A program made the position numbers and the translations under genes. Under the pieces are notes generated by a model. It did not search any database and was not told where the DNA came from. It saw only the letters and a list, made by a program, of their open reading frames with translations. Positions 28,231 to 41,294 of a stretch of DNA of 64,000 nucleotides are shown here, piece by piece (positions within the stretch are counted from its first letter, which is position 1; the number at the start of each line of letters is the position of its first letter). The DNA is from Cycas panzhihuaensis (taxonomy: Eukaryota > Plantae > Cycadophyta). The DNA is taken from positions 140,561,741 through 140,625,740 of the forward strand of contig CM041465.1 in NCBI GenBank assembly GCA_023213395.1, given 5' to 3'.

Positions 28231-30356
28231 TTAACAAAACTGTAATTTATGTATGCTTGTTCTATCCAGTTATGAGTCTAGTTTCTAATGCCATAGACGT
28301 TTTGAAATTTCATCCATAAGTTGCTGAGATATCGTCCCTGGAGTGAAAGGGTTTCCTTTTAGAATTGTAAACTAACGTACGTCTATTAAAATTTATTTAT
28401 TTATTTTTCTAAAGTTTAGATTTAATTAAATTATATTTTATATTTTTAAATTTTAGGCATTTAATTTGGCATTTCCCCCCTTCGGGTCCAATCCCTAGTC
28501 ATATTTTAGCCCATATGACCATGTGTTTTGGCAAATTTTGAAATTTATAAATTATTTTATATATATTTTAATTAATCAAAATTTATTTTCTATATTTGAT
28601 AAATTTTCAAGTTTTAGCCCCATTAGGCTCTTAGCTGCTAGTCTTATTAGGTCCCACGTGACCCTTCTCTTATTAGTTAAGGGGCTTGTTACTTTTCCTT
28701 TTTAAATTTTATTTTATTAATACTCAAAGAGGACTGATCACCTTTTTCACTATCATTTTTTTTGGAGTGTCAGTTTCTCACAAAGTCAAACTTGTTGGAT
28801 TTGTATTTGAAAGGTCTTCAGCCTAGTACCATCCTTTGTTCAATTTGAGTTTATTTTAGCAGTGTTTAACTTAGCCAAAATTTACCTTCTTTTCTACACT
28901 TATTTCACTTGCTGAAAAGGGATTTGTTCATTGTTTCTTTAATAACTTGATTATTATAATTTTATTTTTCAAACCGTAAGAACCAACAAAAAGTATTTTT
29001 AAAGCTCTATATATTAGAATTAGTTTCATCTTATTTTAACACTATTTTGTAGGTGTTTAAACCTATTTAATTTAAGGATCTAGTTTAGCCCTAATTAGTC
29101 ATATTTTATAATGCTTTTGAGCAAAATTTTCATCTAAATTAATTCTATTTAAGTATTATTTACTACTAATTAGTTTTTTAAGGATATTTATTATTTTTTC
29201 ATAAGATTACAAGTGATTTATATCTTTTATCATTAGTTTCATCTTCTTGAGGATCAAGAGGTCTACTTGGATTAATACATCAAATTGGTACTAGTTACCT
29301 TAACCACTTATTTTATTTTACACTTTCATTTGAATTTAGAATAAATTTTTGATCTTATTGGATCATTTCAAGTATTATATCTTCTTGAAAATTTCAACGT
29401 ATGCCTAGTTTATTTCTACATTTATAAAGGAACTTCTTGTCATTTGATTTATATTAGTACAAATAATATTCTTTCTATATTTAAAAGTTATTTATTTAGC
29501 TTAAAAGGCATTGTAAAGAGTATAGTTACAAGTTCTTTTACTCATTTTGTGTTTCTAAGTTTATTTAACATTCTAAGATTGAAGAGCATTCAAATATTAA
29601 AGGTTCTATTGATTCATTGCATCATATTAGAGAAGGTGCATATAGTCTCTTATCTACTTTTATAAAGAGCATCTCAATTTGAAAGTTATTAGATTATATA
29701 TGATCATTCAAGGAACATATTTAATTAAAGACATATTCATTTGAAAATTTATATTTCAAGCTTCTTCATTTACTAGTAGAATATATATTTCAATTGCTTA
29801 AAATCTATTTGTATTTAAAAATTGAAAGGTACACAATAATGCATAGCTATAAACTTATTTTTTTACACTTTTAAGCATTTCAAGGCATACTCAATTAAGC
29901 ATTTTATTTTTAAGATTCATCTATTCATTATTGCTTAAAAGGAACACAATTTGAATATTATTTTCAATCTAAGAGGTATTATTTAAGGAATCTTTTAGCT
30001 GATTGATTAAGAAGGCATTTAAACATTGAAATAAATTGAAGTTTCATTTATTTAAGTTCTCTTTTTAGCTCCTTATTATTTAATCAAGTTTTTAGAAAAG
30101 AAGTGCATTTAATTTATTTTGAAAAAGAAACTTATTACTTTATTATACATATTCCTTTCAAAAGAGCATTTACTATTTTCAATTTAAAAGGATATTTGAT
30201 TGAATAAAGAAACATTTATCTTGCTTCATTCTTTCTTGTTTTAAATAGTTAATTTATTCTAAAGTATCATTTATTAGTTTTTTATTTGAGGATTACTCTT
30301 CTTATTTGTTCATTAAAAACCACATTTTTTTATCATGTACTAAAGTCTTTTACACA

Positions 30357-31024
30357 ATCGCAATTAATCTAAGTAATATAACCTTTCTTATATTTAATGG
30401 AAATGATTTTCAACTATGGAGTACAATAACGAAAGCATATTTTATTACAAATAACCTTTAAAAATATGTGAAAGATGGATATAAACCAAATATTAAAGAA
30501 GATATAAAAAAGGATAATGAAGCCCTAACACTATTATTTTGTACCATAAATGACAATGTATTCTCTAATGTTTATGAAATGACTACAACTAAATATGTAT
30601 GGGATACTTTAAAATTGATTTATGAGAGAGATACTTTAGAATTTAATATTACTAATTACATTAATGATGTTTTTCCTGTGAGGTAAATATTAGAGTAGGT
30701 GCATTTTGATGAAAAGACTAATATTACTTATATTAGCATAGATTTTAATAAAGTAATGACTCTAATATTGCATTTGGTGAGATGATATGTACCTTAGACT
30801 TGACTATATTAAAAGACAAAGATCAAGACAAAGCTACCTCTACTCATTCAAATCAAACTACACCTACTTGGAAGCCATTTAAACCATATAATATTAAAGA
30901 GACACACTTTATTGAAAAGATGATAAGGCAAGTTGTTAACTACATTAAGGATGATGATCAAGATAAAGGACAAGTATTCAAAGTCTTTTTCAAGTATATA
31001 TACCATAAGTTTAAGGAGAAATAA
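30357..31024 (+). pseudogene. A1 mini-gag ORF (gag N-terminus + linker + Copia RNase-H-tail-like end), decayed
   Basis: F.GNDFQLW...KAYFI, KKDNEALTLLFC...WDTLKLIY (Retrotran_gag_2-like), ending KVFFKYIYHKFKEK just before the PPT. Confidence 0.85.
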
Positions 31025-32110
31025 AAGATGATCGTAATGAACATTAAGGGGGAGTATGTTAGGATTAATGTTCCTCACCCTACTCCTACTTTAGAAACAT
31101 ATGAGTATACATATATTAATGGTAAGTTAGGTAAGTTTATTTTAATATTAAATTATGCATTATTTTATATTATTTTGAATCCTAAAGGTTGAGGAGATTT
31201 CCCTCCTCCCTCATAACTATATATCTTATGGGGTGCATAACCTTGGTGTTCTTCAATACCACCTACTTTAGAATATTTGTATACTCTTCAACTATGGCTT
31301 GAATACAATGATGTATTTTAAATAAATTTTTAATATAGATTGAGATCATTATTTATCTACTCTGCTATACTCTCTGTTATATTTTCAACATATACTTCAT
31401 TAATTGTACTTAAATATTTAACATAAATACCTTATAATTTTTTATATTTTATTATTGATTATTATAATTTCATATTAATGAATGCTTCATAGATCTCTTA
31501 CTTCATTATGTACTTTAATCTATTATCCTAGGTAATAAATTTTAACATGGCATCAAAGCTAAGGTAAAGTGTAGAGCATAGGTGAAGGAAGGTTCATGTG
31601 AGACATTAATTAGAGTTATATAATACAATATAAAGCTTAACAAAATAGATATCAAAATCCTCATATTTATACGGATGATCTTTGCCATCTAAAGATGATC
31701 CATAAATGTATTGTAAGAGCCAATATGAGCTACTAATAAGAGCTGGTATTGAATATCGATTTAAAGCCAAAAACCAAGTTATATTGATTATGTAGCCATG
31801 ATATAGAGGCATATTAAAGTGAAGTTAAAGTTATACATAGAATGAAAACTGACATAAGATTGACAAGTAATATTATTTATATGATGATTTATTATGGATA
31901 TTTATATGCATGTGGTATACCTATATATAACATGTAGGTTTATAAAGTACATCGAGAAGTTGATCATCCTATAAGAGTGAGTTGCAAAGTCTATTACTCT
32001 ATCAATATATGTGAAACATGTAGCATATATGTATGTGATATATGGAAGATTTAAAAAAGTAAGAAAGAAAGTCATATTAATAATAAGATAAATCCCATTG
32101 GTGGGGAAAA

Positions 32111-32379
32111 TGTAGTGAAACATTACACCAAACCTTGAGGTGTTAGTGAAGACTACCTAGGTGTATAACATTACCTCCCCCACAAGGTGTTGACATTCTA
32201 ATGACCCACTCTTAGTAATTTTATGCTTCATCGGGCCTTGGGTGAACACTATTATGCCAATGTTCTATAGAGGCCATCCCCTCTGAAAATTAAACATGTG
32301 ACCTTGGTTTTGATACCACTCGTAATGAACCATTATACCAAAACTATAATGTGTTAGTGAAGATCACCCAAGTGTAATA
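32111..32379 (-). mobile_element. TRIM (terminal-repeat retrotransposon in miniature), 269 bp
   Basis: About 60-bp direct repeats at 32111-32170 and 32321-32379. PBS (plus strand TTTTGATACCA, 32308-32318). PPT (plus strand TTACCTCCCCC, 32171-32181). TSD GAAAA/GAAAC. Confidence 0.85.
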
Positions 32380-35124
32380 GAAACTTGGTGTAGCAGTAAT
32401 ATATATTATGTTATATTACATGTGTACATGGTGACTTTAGAATATATGGGGCCAACTACAGCCATCTATAGCTAACTTTGGAATAAGGTATATTTTAATT
32501 TATTATTTTATTATTTTAATTTCAAAAAAGTGTCAGTTGATGATAAACTCTCGGCCACCTCTTGACTACCTCCTGATACACTGGTATTTTTTAACACCAC
32601 CCTTGATTAGAAATTTATTATTATTTTTTGATAATATGGCATGATATTTTGTTCTGCTCTATCCTTGGTTACTTTGTTTGGTATTAGAGCTTGAGTTCAA
32701 TATCAAACAACTATTTTATGGTAAAATTTGATAAATATTTGTTATATATTAAAGCTTTCCTAATATTTTCCGTATATTTCTATTAAAATATATGAATATT
32801 TACTATGTACAATTGAAAACTTATATATTCTTTTAAATTTATGTAGTGTTTATTAGTGTACTCAACCCAACATTCCTTTGAAGCTATTTTATTGAAGTTT
32901 TATTTTATTTTTTGCAAGTTTTTAATTGATTTACAATTTTTTTCTAAAGTTTTTTAAAAAATTTAAGCTTCTGTAGGCTAGTGCACTCTCCACAGTGATT
33001 AAAACTATCTCAAGTGACCACTTGTTTGATTCCTTATTGAGTTAGGTCTACACCAAATTTGACGGTTTCAAATTTGGTTGCCTCTAAGTGGAGATATTAC
33101 TTCCGGAAGTAGGCCCTCTCCCTCTAACTACTGAAACCCATGTGTACTAAACTAAAAATCATTCATTTTTACTTTTGGTTTTCACTGGAGCTAAGTGTGA
33201 TCATCCCAATATCTTATTGGGATAATTCTCAGACTTTTCTACCTCCTCTTCAAGTTGTATGACCTCCTCAACTCCATGCACCCTCCATGGCCTTCACAAA
33301 CTAAAAAAATTGATTTTTAAATCTTTTTTTGACATTTTTTTTCTTCGTGGATAATTTGCATATATTTCTTAATCAATTAGGATCAGTCTTTTTTATCAGA
33401 TTTCATTTATTCTTTTATCTACGAAGTCGCACAAATGCAAGGACCTACGTGGATATAATTTCTCTTTAATTTTTTCATTTTGATTTATTAAAAGATCATA
33501 AAGTTCAATTAAATTTAATTAATTTTAATATATTTTAGTGTTCAACCCTATTTAGCCCCTAATTACAATCCTTTGGCCCCTCATATAACCTCATTTTAGC
33601 TTATTTAAGGGATCAGATTTTAAATTATATAGGTTATTTTTAATAAATTTGGAATTTAAAGGATTTAATTATATTTTATATTCTTTGGGGTCTGCTAGCC
33701 CCCTTCGCTAGCCAACATCTAGTCATATGTGCCACTAAGGTGACTAAGGGATCTAGTAAAAGGGGCTTAAGCCCCCCTCCCTCCCTCTCTTTAGTTTTTT
33801 ATCATAAGAGACTATCTTCACTATTTTACTTATATCTTTTGATCCAGGACTCCTTTTTTCGAACAATTGGATCCATCAAAAAGTTGGTTTAGTGATCTTC
33901 ATACTAAAGCTAGTTTCATTATAATTTAAAGTTGTTTTATAGGTCTTTAAGACAGTTAAATTCAACCCTTCTATTTGAGCTAAGTTTGTATTTTTTTTAC
34001 TATTTTTAAACAATTTATCAATTCTATTTAAGCATATTATATCTTATTAAGACACTAATCTATTTTTTGCTAATTTCACTCAGTTTTTTTAGGCTTACAT
34101 ATATTTTTGGCAAAATATTATGAAATGTTTCCTCCTGAAAGAGAATACAATAGTTGGATTCCATTTTATATATAAAGAGCTCTCTAACTCTTACTTTATT
34201 TTTATTTTAAGCCTTCTAGTTTACTTTATTTTTGTTTCAACTTATTTATTTTTATTTTAAAACTTATATTAAGCTCACCTAGCTTATTTAAAGGTTAATT
34301 TACTTTATTATTAAAGTTCATTTTCAAAGTTTATTTAAGGTTCTGTTATTACACTATAAAGGCTCACATAGAGTGCATTTTATTGCATCTTAAAAGCTCA
34401 TTTAAAAGACTCTTTTATTTCTTTATATTTCATATTATTTTAGAACTTATTTGTATCAATTTAAAAGCTTATTTATTTCATATTTATTTCATTTGAAAAG
34501 AGGTTTATTTCATTTCATTTTTAAGTTGATTTTATTTATTAATTAAGAAGGAATCTTATTTGTTAAATAAGACCACATATAAAATATATTTTCATATTAA
34601 ACAAGATAAACTTCCAAAAGAACACCTTATTTCTAGCCTTACAAGGGGAATGATTAGGACCCCTAAAGTTACCACACTACACATGCCCTTGGCCTACTTA
34701 TATTCGATGAAGAGTGTCTTTGGCTATTAGGTGTATATAGTGGCAGACTGAGATGGAGTAAACCTAACTTTTGGAGTTTAGAGACCAGGCTAAACCCAAG
34801 GGGCTAAGTGTCTTAATTTATAAAGCCATCACTACTAGATCTGTTGCTAGGCATAATTCTAGTATAGGTGGGTCAACAAGATAAGGGAGTCCTGTACCTT
34901 CTTAGTAACTCATGTACTAAGGTATATAGATCCTAATGCTCATATACCGATATATTAGGTCCCTAATTTACCACTTGTGGGTAGTTGCCACTAGACATAA
35001 TAGTAATTAAAGGCTTCCTTGTAGACCCATAAACTTAGAGCCTAGCAACCTTTAGGTAATAGGACATATTATTTTAAAATTATAACTTGGGACACATTTG
35101 AATAAAACTTGATTTTGAAACATA

Positions 35125-38100
35125 ATGGCTATAAGTTTTTATAACATGATCATTTCCAAGTTTGATAGATCAAATCTTTTGAATTGGAGTAGGAAGATGA
35201 GACCCATCCTCATTGCTAAGAATATATGGGATATTGTAAAGATAAGGTATATAGAAATTAGTCAAAATACCATTGAAGCAGAAAAACAACTATTTAAGGA
35301 ATATGTAAAGAAGTATAATGAAGTTTTAGCCTTTATTTTTTATGCCTTAGAAGACCATATATTTCCAAGAGTTAATGAGGCATCAAAGTCTAAAGAGGCA
35401 TGGGACATATTGTTGCTCATCTATGAAGGTGTAGCCTCATCTAACCTCCAAATATTGAAAAGCAAACTTGAAATATTAAGGATGATACCCAGTGAATCCA
35501 TCAATAAATTCATAATAAAGGTTCAAGACCTTGTGAATCAAATGAGATATCTTGGTGAGACCCTTATTAAACAAAGGGTTATTTAAATGAATCTTATGTA
35601 TGTTAGTGAAGTCAAAAGGTTTAAGATGATAGTTACAAGTATAGAAGTCTCTAAAGATATAAGCACATTAAAGATTGAATAATTGAGTGCCATGTTAATG
35701 GCTATTGAAAAGAAAAGAAACTTAAATGAATCCTTAGAATATGCCTTTATAACTAAGGTAAGAATCAAGTCTAATTTCCAAGTTGAAAGTGTAAGATCAA
35801 GTAACCAATCCCCAAGTGGGGAGAGATAGAAATCCTAGATAAGAGACATACCAAGAGAGTCAACCTAGATACTAAGCTCCCTATCAAAGGAATCAAGGAG
35901 TTAATCAAAGATATCCAAGTCAATAAAGATATCAAAGTCAAGAAAGACATTAAGAAGTAAACCAATTATATCAAAATTACCAAGCTCATATTAACTTTCA
36001 AAGACCTAACTTCAATTATCCAAGCAATAGACAAAGAGATAATCAGGGTCTATACTTGGAAAGGGGTAGAACACTCTCTATTGATTGAGGACACCTTAGA
36101 AGTAGGATTCTTAGCCAAAGAGGAACTGATCCAATTTAATCAGGGTCTATACTTGGAAAGGGGTAGAACACTCTCTATTGATTGAGGACACCTTAGAAGT
36201 AGGATTCTTAGCCAAAGAGGAACTGATCTAATTTGTTATATATTTTGCCACAAAGTTTTTCATACTAAAGATAGGTACTTTGCTAAGAATGGCCCTCCTA
36301 TAAGGGGTAGTGCTAATGCAATTATTAAAACTAGAGAGAATGAATGCCTATGTTTATCAAGCCTTTTTGCATATAGAAATAAAGAAGATTGTTGGTATAT
36401 AGACTCTAGTTGCTCCACACATATGACCCATGAAGAAGAGATATTTCAAACCATCGAAAGGTCTAGGAAGGGCACAATTATGTTTGGTGATGATACATCA
36501 CATGAATCTAGTGGAAGGAGAAAAATTATCATCATGATAGATTTAGATGAAAATAGATATCCTGATAATGTTCTCCATGATCTAGCTTTAAAGAAAAATC
36601 TTCTATCTGTGGGACAGATGATGGAATAGAACTATAAGGTTATATTTGACAATGATAATTCTACTATCAAAGATAAAAGGAAGAATAAAGTTGTTATTTC
36701 AAAAGGACAAATGACTAAAGATAGACTTTTCAAGTTAATTATAACTCCTTCAAATAACTATGCCTTAAAGATAACAATCAAATTAGATAGTGACATGTGG
36801 CATAAAAGATTTAACCACATAAACTATGGAAGCTTAGCTCTTATGAAGAGAATGATTATGGTTGAAGGACTACCATAAATTAAATCCAACATGGATATTT
36901 GTGAGGGGTGCCTCTTAGGGAAGTAACATAGAGAAAGTTTCCCTGATGGAAGCTATAGAGCAAAAGGGCCACTTTATTTAATCTACATAGATCTTTGTGG
37001 TCCAATGGACATCTCATCACTAGATAATGTAAAGTATTTCCTCATCTTTATCAATGATTATATAAGAAAAACATGAGTCTATTTTCTAAAATTCAAGGCA
37101 AATACTTTTCAATGCTTTGTAGACTTTAAAATCTTTATGGAGAAGCAAAGTGGATATAAGATACTTTCTCTAAGATCAGATAATAGAGGAGAGTTCATTT
37201 CTAATGAATTTAATACTTATTATATATATTATAGCGTTAGAAGGCAATACACAAACCCCTATACTCCATAACAAAATGGGATTGTTAAACATAAAAATTA
37301 CACCATAGTTGAGATGGTTGGGTGCATGCTTAAAGACAAGAGGTTTGGACATTAATTTTGGGCAGAAGTTGTCCACACTGCAGTTTACCTCCTAAGTAGG
37401 TATACCACCAAGGCCCTTAGGTGGATGATACTTGAAGAAGCATGGACTAGTTATAAACCTAGTATCCATCACTTGAGAATTATATAAGGTATATAACCCA
37501 AAAGAAAGAAAGGTTATGGTTAGTAGAGACATTGTATTTAAAGAAGATGACTATTATTAATCAGATTATTTCTAAGACAAAGGAAATAATGTTATAATAA
37601 ACTTTAACTCATCTCCTAGGTCTATATATGTATCACCTAGACAAGATTCAAGGTAAAATATTGGTGTATTAAGACCAAGTGATGAGGGAACCTACTCTGA
37701 ACCTCAAAGATTTCCTAAATAGGTTCAAAGATTCTATGACTTGGATAACATATTAGACAATAACTTTGATAGGAGATCTACTCATTCACATCTAATTAAT
37801 TTTGTCCTTATGAGTCGAGTAATGGAATCCCATGAGCCTCACACTTTTGAAGAGGCAAATACTCGTGATGAATGGAGATGAGCTATGAAAGAAGAATATA
37901 ATTCTATAGTAAAAAATGATACATGGAAAGTCATTGAATTTCCTCCTAACAAAACTTCCATTGGAACCAAATGGGTCTATAAGACCAAGTTCAGATTAGA
38001 TGGATCCATTAGCAAACATAAATCTAGACTTATTACAAAAGGATATGCACAAAGAGAAGGTATAGATTATAGTGAAACTTTTACTCCTATTACTCAGATA

Positions 38101-38300
38101 GAAATTGTTCATATGATATTGAGTCTAGCTACCCAAAAAGATTGGGATATTTATAAAATGAATATTAAAAGTACCTTTCTTAATGGCTACATTGAAGAGG
38201 AAATTTATGTTCAACAACTAAGAGGTTTTAAAGTTAGGGAGAAAGAAAATAAAGTGTATAAACTTAAAAAGACACTTTATGATTTAAACTAAGCACCTAG
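35125..38300 (+). pseudogene. Copia D gag-protease-integrase-RT (N-terminal part), decayed
   Basis: UBN2-type gag at 35125-35586; WYIDSSCSTHMT; KKNLLSVGQ; IDLCGPM; RSDNRGEF; FWAEVVHTAVYL; KNDTW...KWVYKTK...KGYAQREGIDY; FLNGYIEEEIYV. Confidence 0.95.
36040..36233 (+). repeat. 97-bp tandem duplication (one mismatch) in D gag
   Basis: 36040-36136 equals 36137-36233 except CCAATT/CTAATT. Confidence 0.95.
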
Positions 38301-40304
38301 TGTTAAAAGGTAATGTTTAATGTATACATCATATACACATACACTTCCTACCATTCACTTACTTCAAGATATGTGAGATGCATACATATTGATGTTATAC
38401 CACTATTAGATGATGTAAATACTCATTATATGTGATTGGTTACTCATGAGGTGATTATCACTATAGATTTGTACTCTCACCACTTGAGAACTTGAGAAAG
38501 GAGAGAAGAGAAAGATGTAATCTTTATGATCATAAGCAAAGCCCTAACTCCACCTTCTCCCATTGTTTTTCCCACACTGGGTTTTCCATGTATAAATCTT
38601 GGTGTCTTGTGGTGATGATTATGTTTGATGATTGTTTTAATTTACATGTTTGATGTTTCATACTCATGAGTTTATATGATTACATCTTCATATTTTTAAT
38701 ATGGTATCAGATCCATGCATGTATATTTTAACATGGTATCAGAGCCATGCATGCATATTTTAAGATGGTATCATAATAATATTGCATGTAAGCTACTATG
38801 GTAAGGTGGAGATCCTACTAATCTAGATTTAGGCCTATCAAGCCCATGACAAAAGCCATTGATGAAGAGTATTTTTTAATGAGCCAGTATATTCATATAC
38901 CAGTGACATGCATGATTATTTATAGGATAGATGAATCCAGTCAAGCTGCATACATGAAAGATACTATAGATACTAATAGTATGTTGATTTGGTATTTTAT
39001 GTAGATATTCATTTATGCATATTAGTGCCAGATTCTATAGAGCATGCAAGTATTCATAGTAGTCTATAGATATTATATTCAATCCATAAGTAAAGGCTCT
39101 TGAGAGTGTTCATTAATGGATTCTCTATCACTCATGGACCATTCTAGAGGCATTTACTAGTGTCTCACAATGAGATTCAATACCAGAATAAAGATAATCC
39201 ATCAGTACACATGAAACAGGAAGCGGCCATGTATAACACCCTATTGACAAGTATTTTAGTGACAATATAAAATGTATGCTTGAAACATATAACGACATGA
39301 TTATATCTAAGGTTGGCATTGAACGAGTGTTTATTTTATTATAGTATGAAGTTATTATGGTGGCATAAGATTATGGTAACTTGAGATGAAGTAATTATAG
39401 TATCATGTGATATGTTAAAGGCACCTTATGCATGTGATATATGATATAAGGTGAATTTTTTTATAGTGTTATTCAAACCCTAAGTCAAACATGGAGGATG
39501 ATCATGCCCAACACCCATGGTTTGATTAATGGCTACTCTATATAAGAGCTCTTGCCTTTATAACTAGCCATATAGAGAGAGTTTGATTCACTCTCATGTC
39601 ATGGGATCTCAGCCCATGCTACCTTCTCAACCCCATGCATGCCTTTTTTTATCATGGCCATCACATAAAAATGGAAGAGATGCTATAGCCACCTGGTTGT
39701 GATACCTACCATGGAGTTCACACAGTCTGTTAGGATTATATATAGCCATCCACATAGAAGGGCCATAGAAATGAAGTAACCCTTGCCTTTTCTCACATAC
39801 AAACAAACCTCAAATCTTCCTTTATTTTTCCTACCATAAATAAAGGAAGCAGGGCCATCAAAAGAACCTACCTCATAACCTATCATACAATTAATCGTAC
39901 ATATATATGGGGAGATAAAAACCTACATATAAGCATATAGATGCAGTTGGAGATCATCTACTTGGTCACAATCCTAATCATGCATAAATGGACTAGATGC
40001 CATTCAATTGGTACCATTGATATATATGCATGCCTTCAATCTAGAGAATGGCCTAGATTGTGTCTTGTCGTCCAACCTATTCATGATTATGCCCTGTAGA
40101 TAAAAATATTTTTTTGATGACCACCCATCTAGTACTTTGTCATAATGCTCAATAGAGACCATGCCATCACTGTAAACACATGCCCATTACCCTGCCATAA
40201 TACCATACATATCTATAGAGATCAATAACCTGCCAACGTTTAAGGAGAGCTAAAATAAAAATCGGGTGAATTGTATAGACATATTTGGTAAAGTGTGAGA
40301 CATA

Positions 40305-40736
40305 ATGGCCATGGTTGTAGTCGATGGGAATAGTTTTGATTCAAAGAATTATGATACAAAACTGGAGTATGTCTTAGGTAGAGAGGAGCTATACTCCACC
40401 TGGGAGGAAGTTCATGATACTTTTGATTCCATGGGTCTGTAAGAAAATCTATTATATGGATTTTATACCCATGGGTTCGAGAAGCCATCTTCCATCCAAC
40501 AAAAAGGAATAGTTCCCTTCTATCAAGGTTTGGATGTGATATAGCAAGCTTAGTCTAGCACAGGGAAGACCACTACATTTTGTTTAGGGATTTTACAGGA
40601 GTTGTATTACAGTTATTAGGAATGCCAAGCTCTAGTATTTGCTCCAACTTGAGAGGTTGTGTAGCAAATTGATAAAGTGAAAAAGACTTTAGGGTATTAC
40701 TTGTAGGTTAAGGTACACGCCTACATAAGAGGGACG
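40305..40736 (+). pseudogene. eIF4A: Captured intronless 5' fragment of eukaryotic initiation factor 4A (DEAD-box helicase)
   Basis: Manual translation: [90 protein letters not shown]...QALVFAPT*EVV*QIDKV...VKVHAYIRGT. Colinear with plant eIF4A Q motif, motif I and motif Ia. Stops mostly fall at CAR/CGA codons. Confidence 0.95.
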
Positions 40737-41294
40737 CAATTAAGTGTAGTCCAGCCCTAATGCAATAGATAGATTGGGTTATATATCTTAATTAGTATAT
40801 GCATTCATCACAGATCATAGAGATATAATCCACACAGAATAAAATTTTATTTTATGAATAATTATTTTGTAGGAAAAAATATTGCAGGAGAACAGGGCAT
40901 AACATAGAATAATCTTCAATAGATAAATACATCAATACAAATCTTCAATACATCAATGTTACAATGTAGCATACATATGAAAGTTTGAATCTTCAATCCA
41001 TTGTTGAAAGTGAGCAATAAAAATTTCCCAAATGAGGGTGGTGTCTAAAAATACCAGGGTTGCACACCCCTCAATATTTATAATTTGGAGGAGGAGGGAA
41101 ACTCCTCAACCCCTGAATTCAAAATAATAATAAAATAAAGTTAACTTAACTCAAATGAAACTAACTTAAATCAAAGTTAAACTTACCTTAACTTACCTCG
41201 ACATGTTGAGCACCACATATCTAAATTGAAGTTGATGAGGTGTATAATCCTGGTTGGAAAGGTGAGAGTGGAGTGATGATGATTAACTCCAACA

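Larger units (their letters stand above)
26572..31390 (+). mobile_element. Non-autonomous mini-gag (TR-GAG-like) LTR element A1
   Basis: LTRs 26572-26905 and 31057-31390. Decayed Met-PBS at about 26908-26920. PPT AAGGGGGAGTA at 31046-31056. TSD TATAT/TATAC. No pol. Confidence 0.92.
26246..32530 (+). mobile_element. Copia-derived element G (F/C family): 5' LTR split by A1, internal region interrupted by a TRIM and by D
   Basis: LTR starts TGTTAGAATA at 26246, resumes after A1 at about 31391 and ends TTTAACA at 31547. PBS TGGCATCAAAGC at 31548. Post-PBS region is homologous to F. Confidence 0.8.

Noticed and set aside
31025-31192. Open frame running through the PPT into the A-type LTR and ending in a hydrophobic, TM-like stretch (FILILNYALFYIIL), suggesting an env-like tail
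   Set aside because: A stop after KFKEK is shared by A1 and A2, so gag does not read into it. The F/I/L/Y richness follows from AT-rich composition.
32111-32379. Cassandra TRIM / 5S rRNA-derived LTR
   Set aside because: The LTRs are only about 60 bp and show no recognisable 5S A or C boxes.
39060-39420. Possible second captured coding fragment in element C
   Set aside because: The plus-strand frames I translated contain stops and no motif I recognise. A translated search would be needed.
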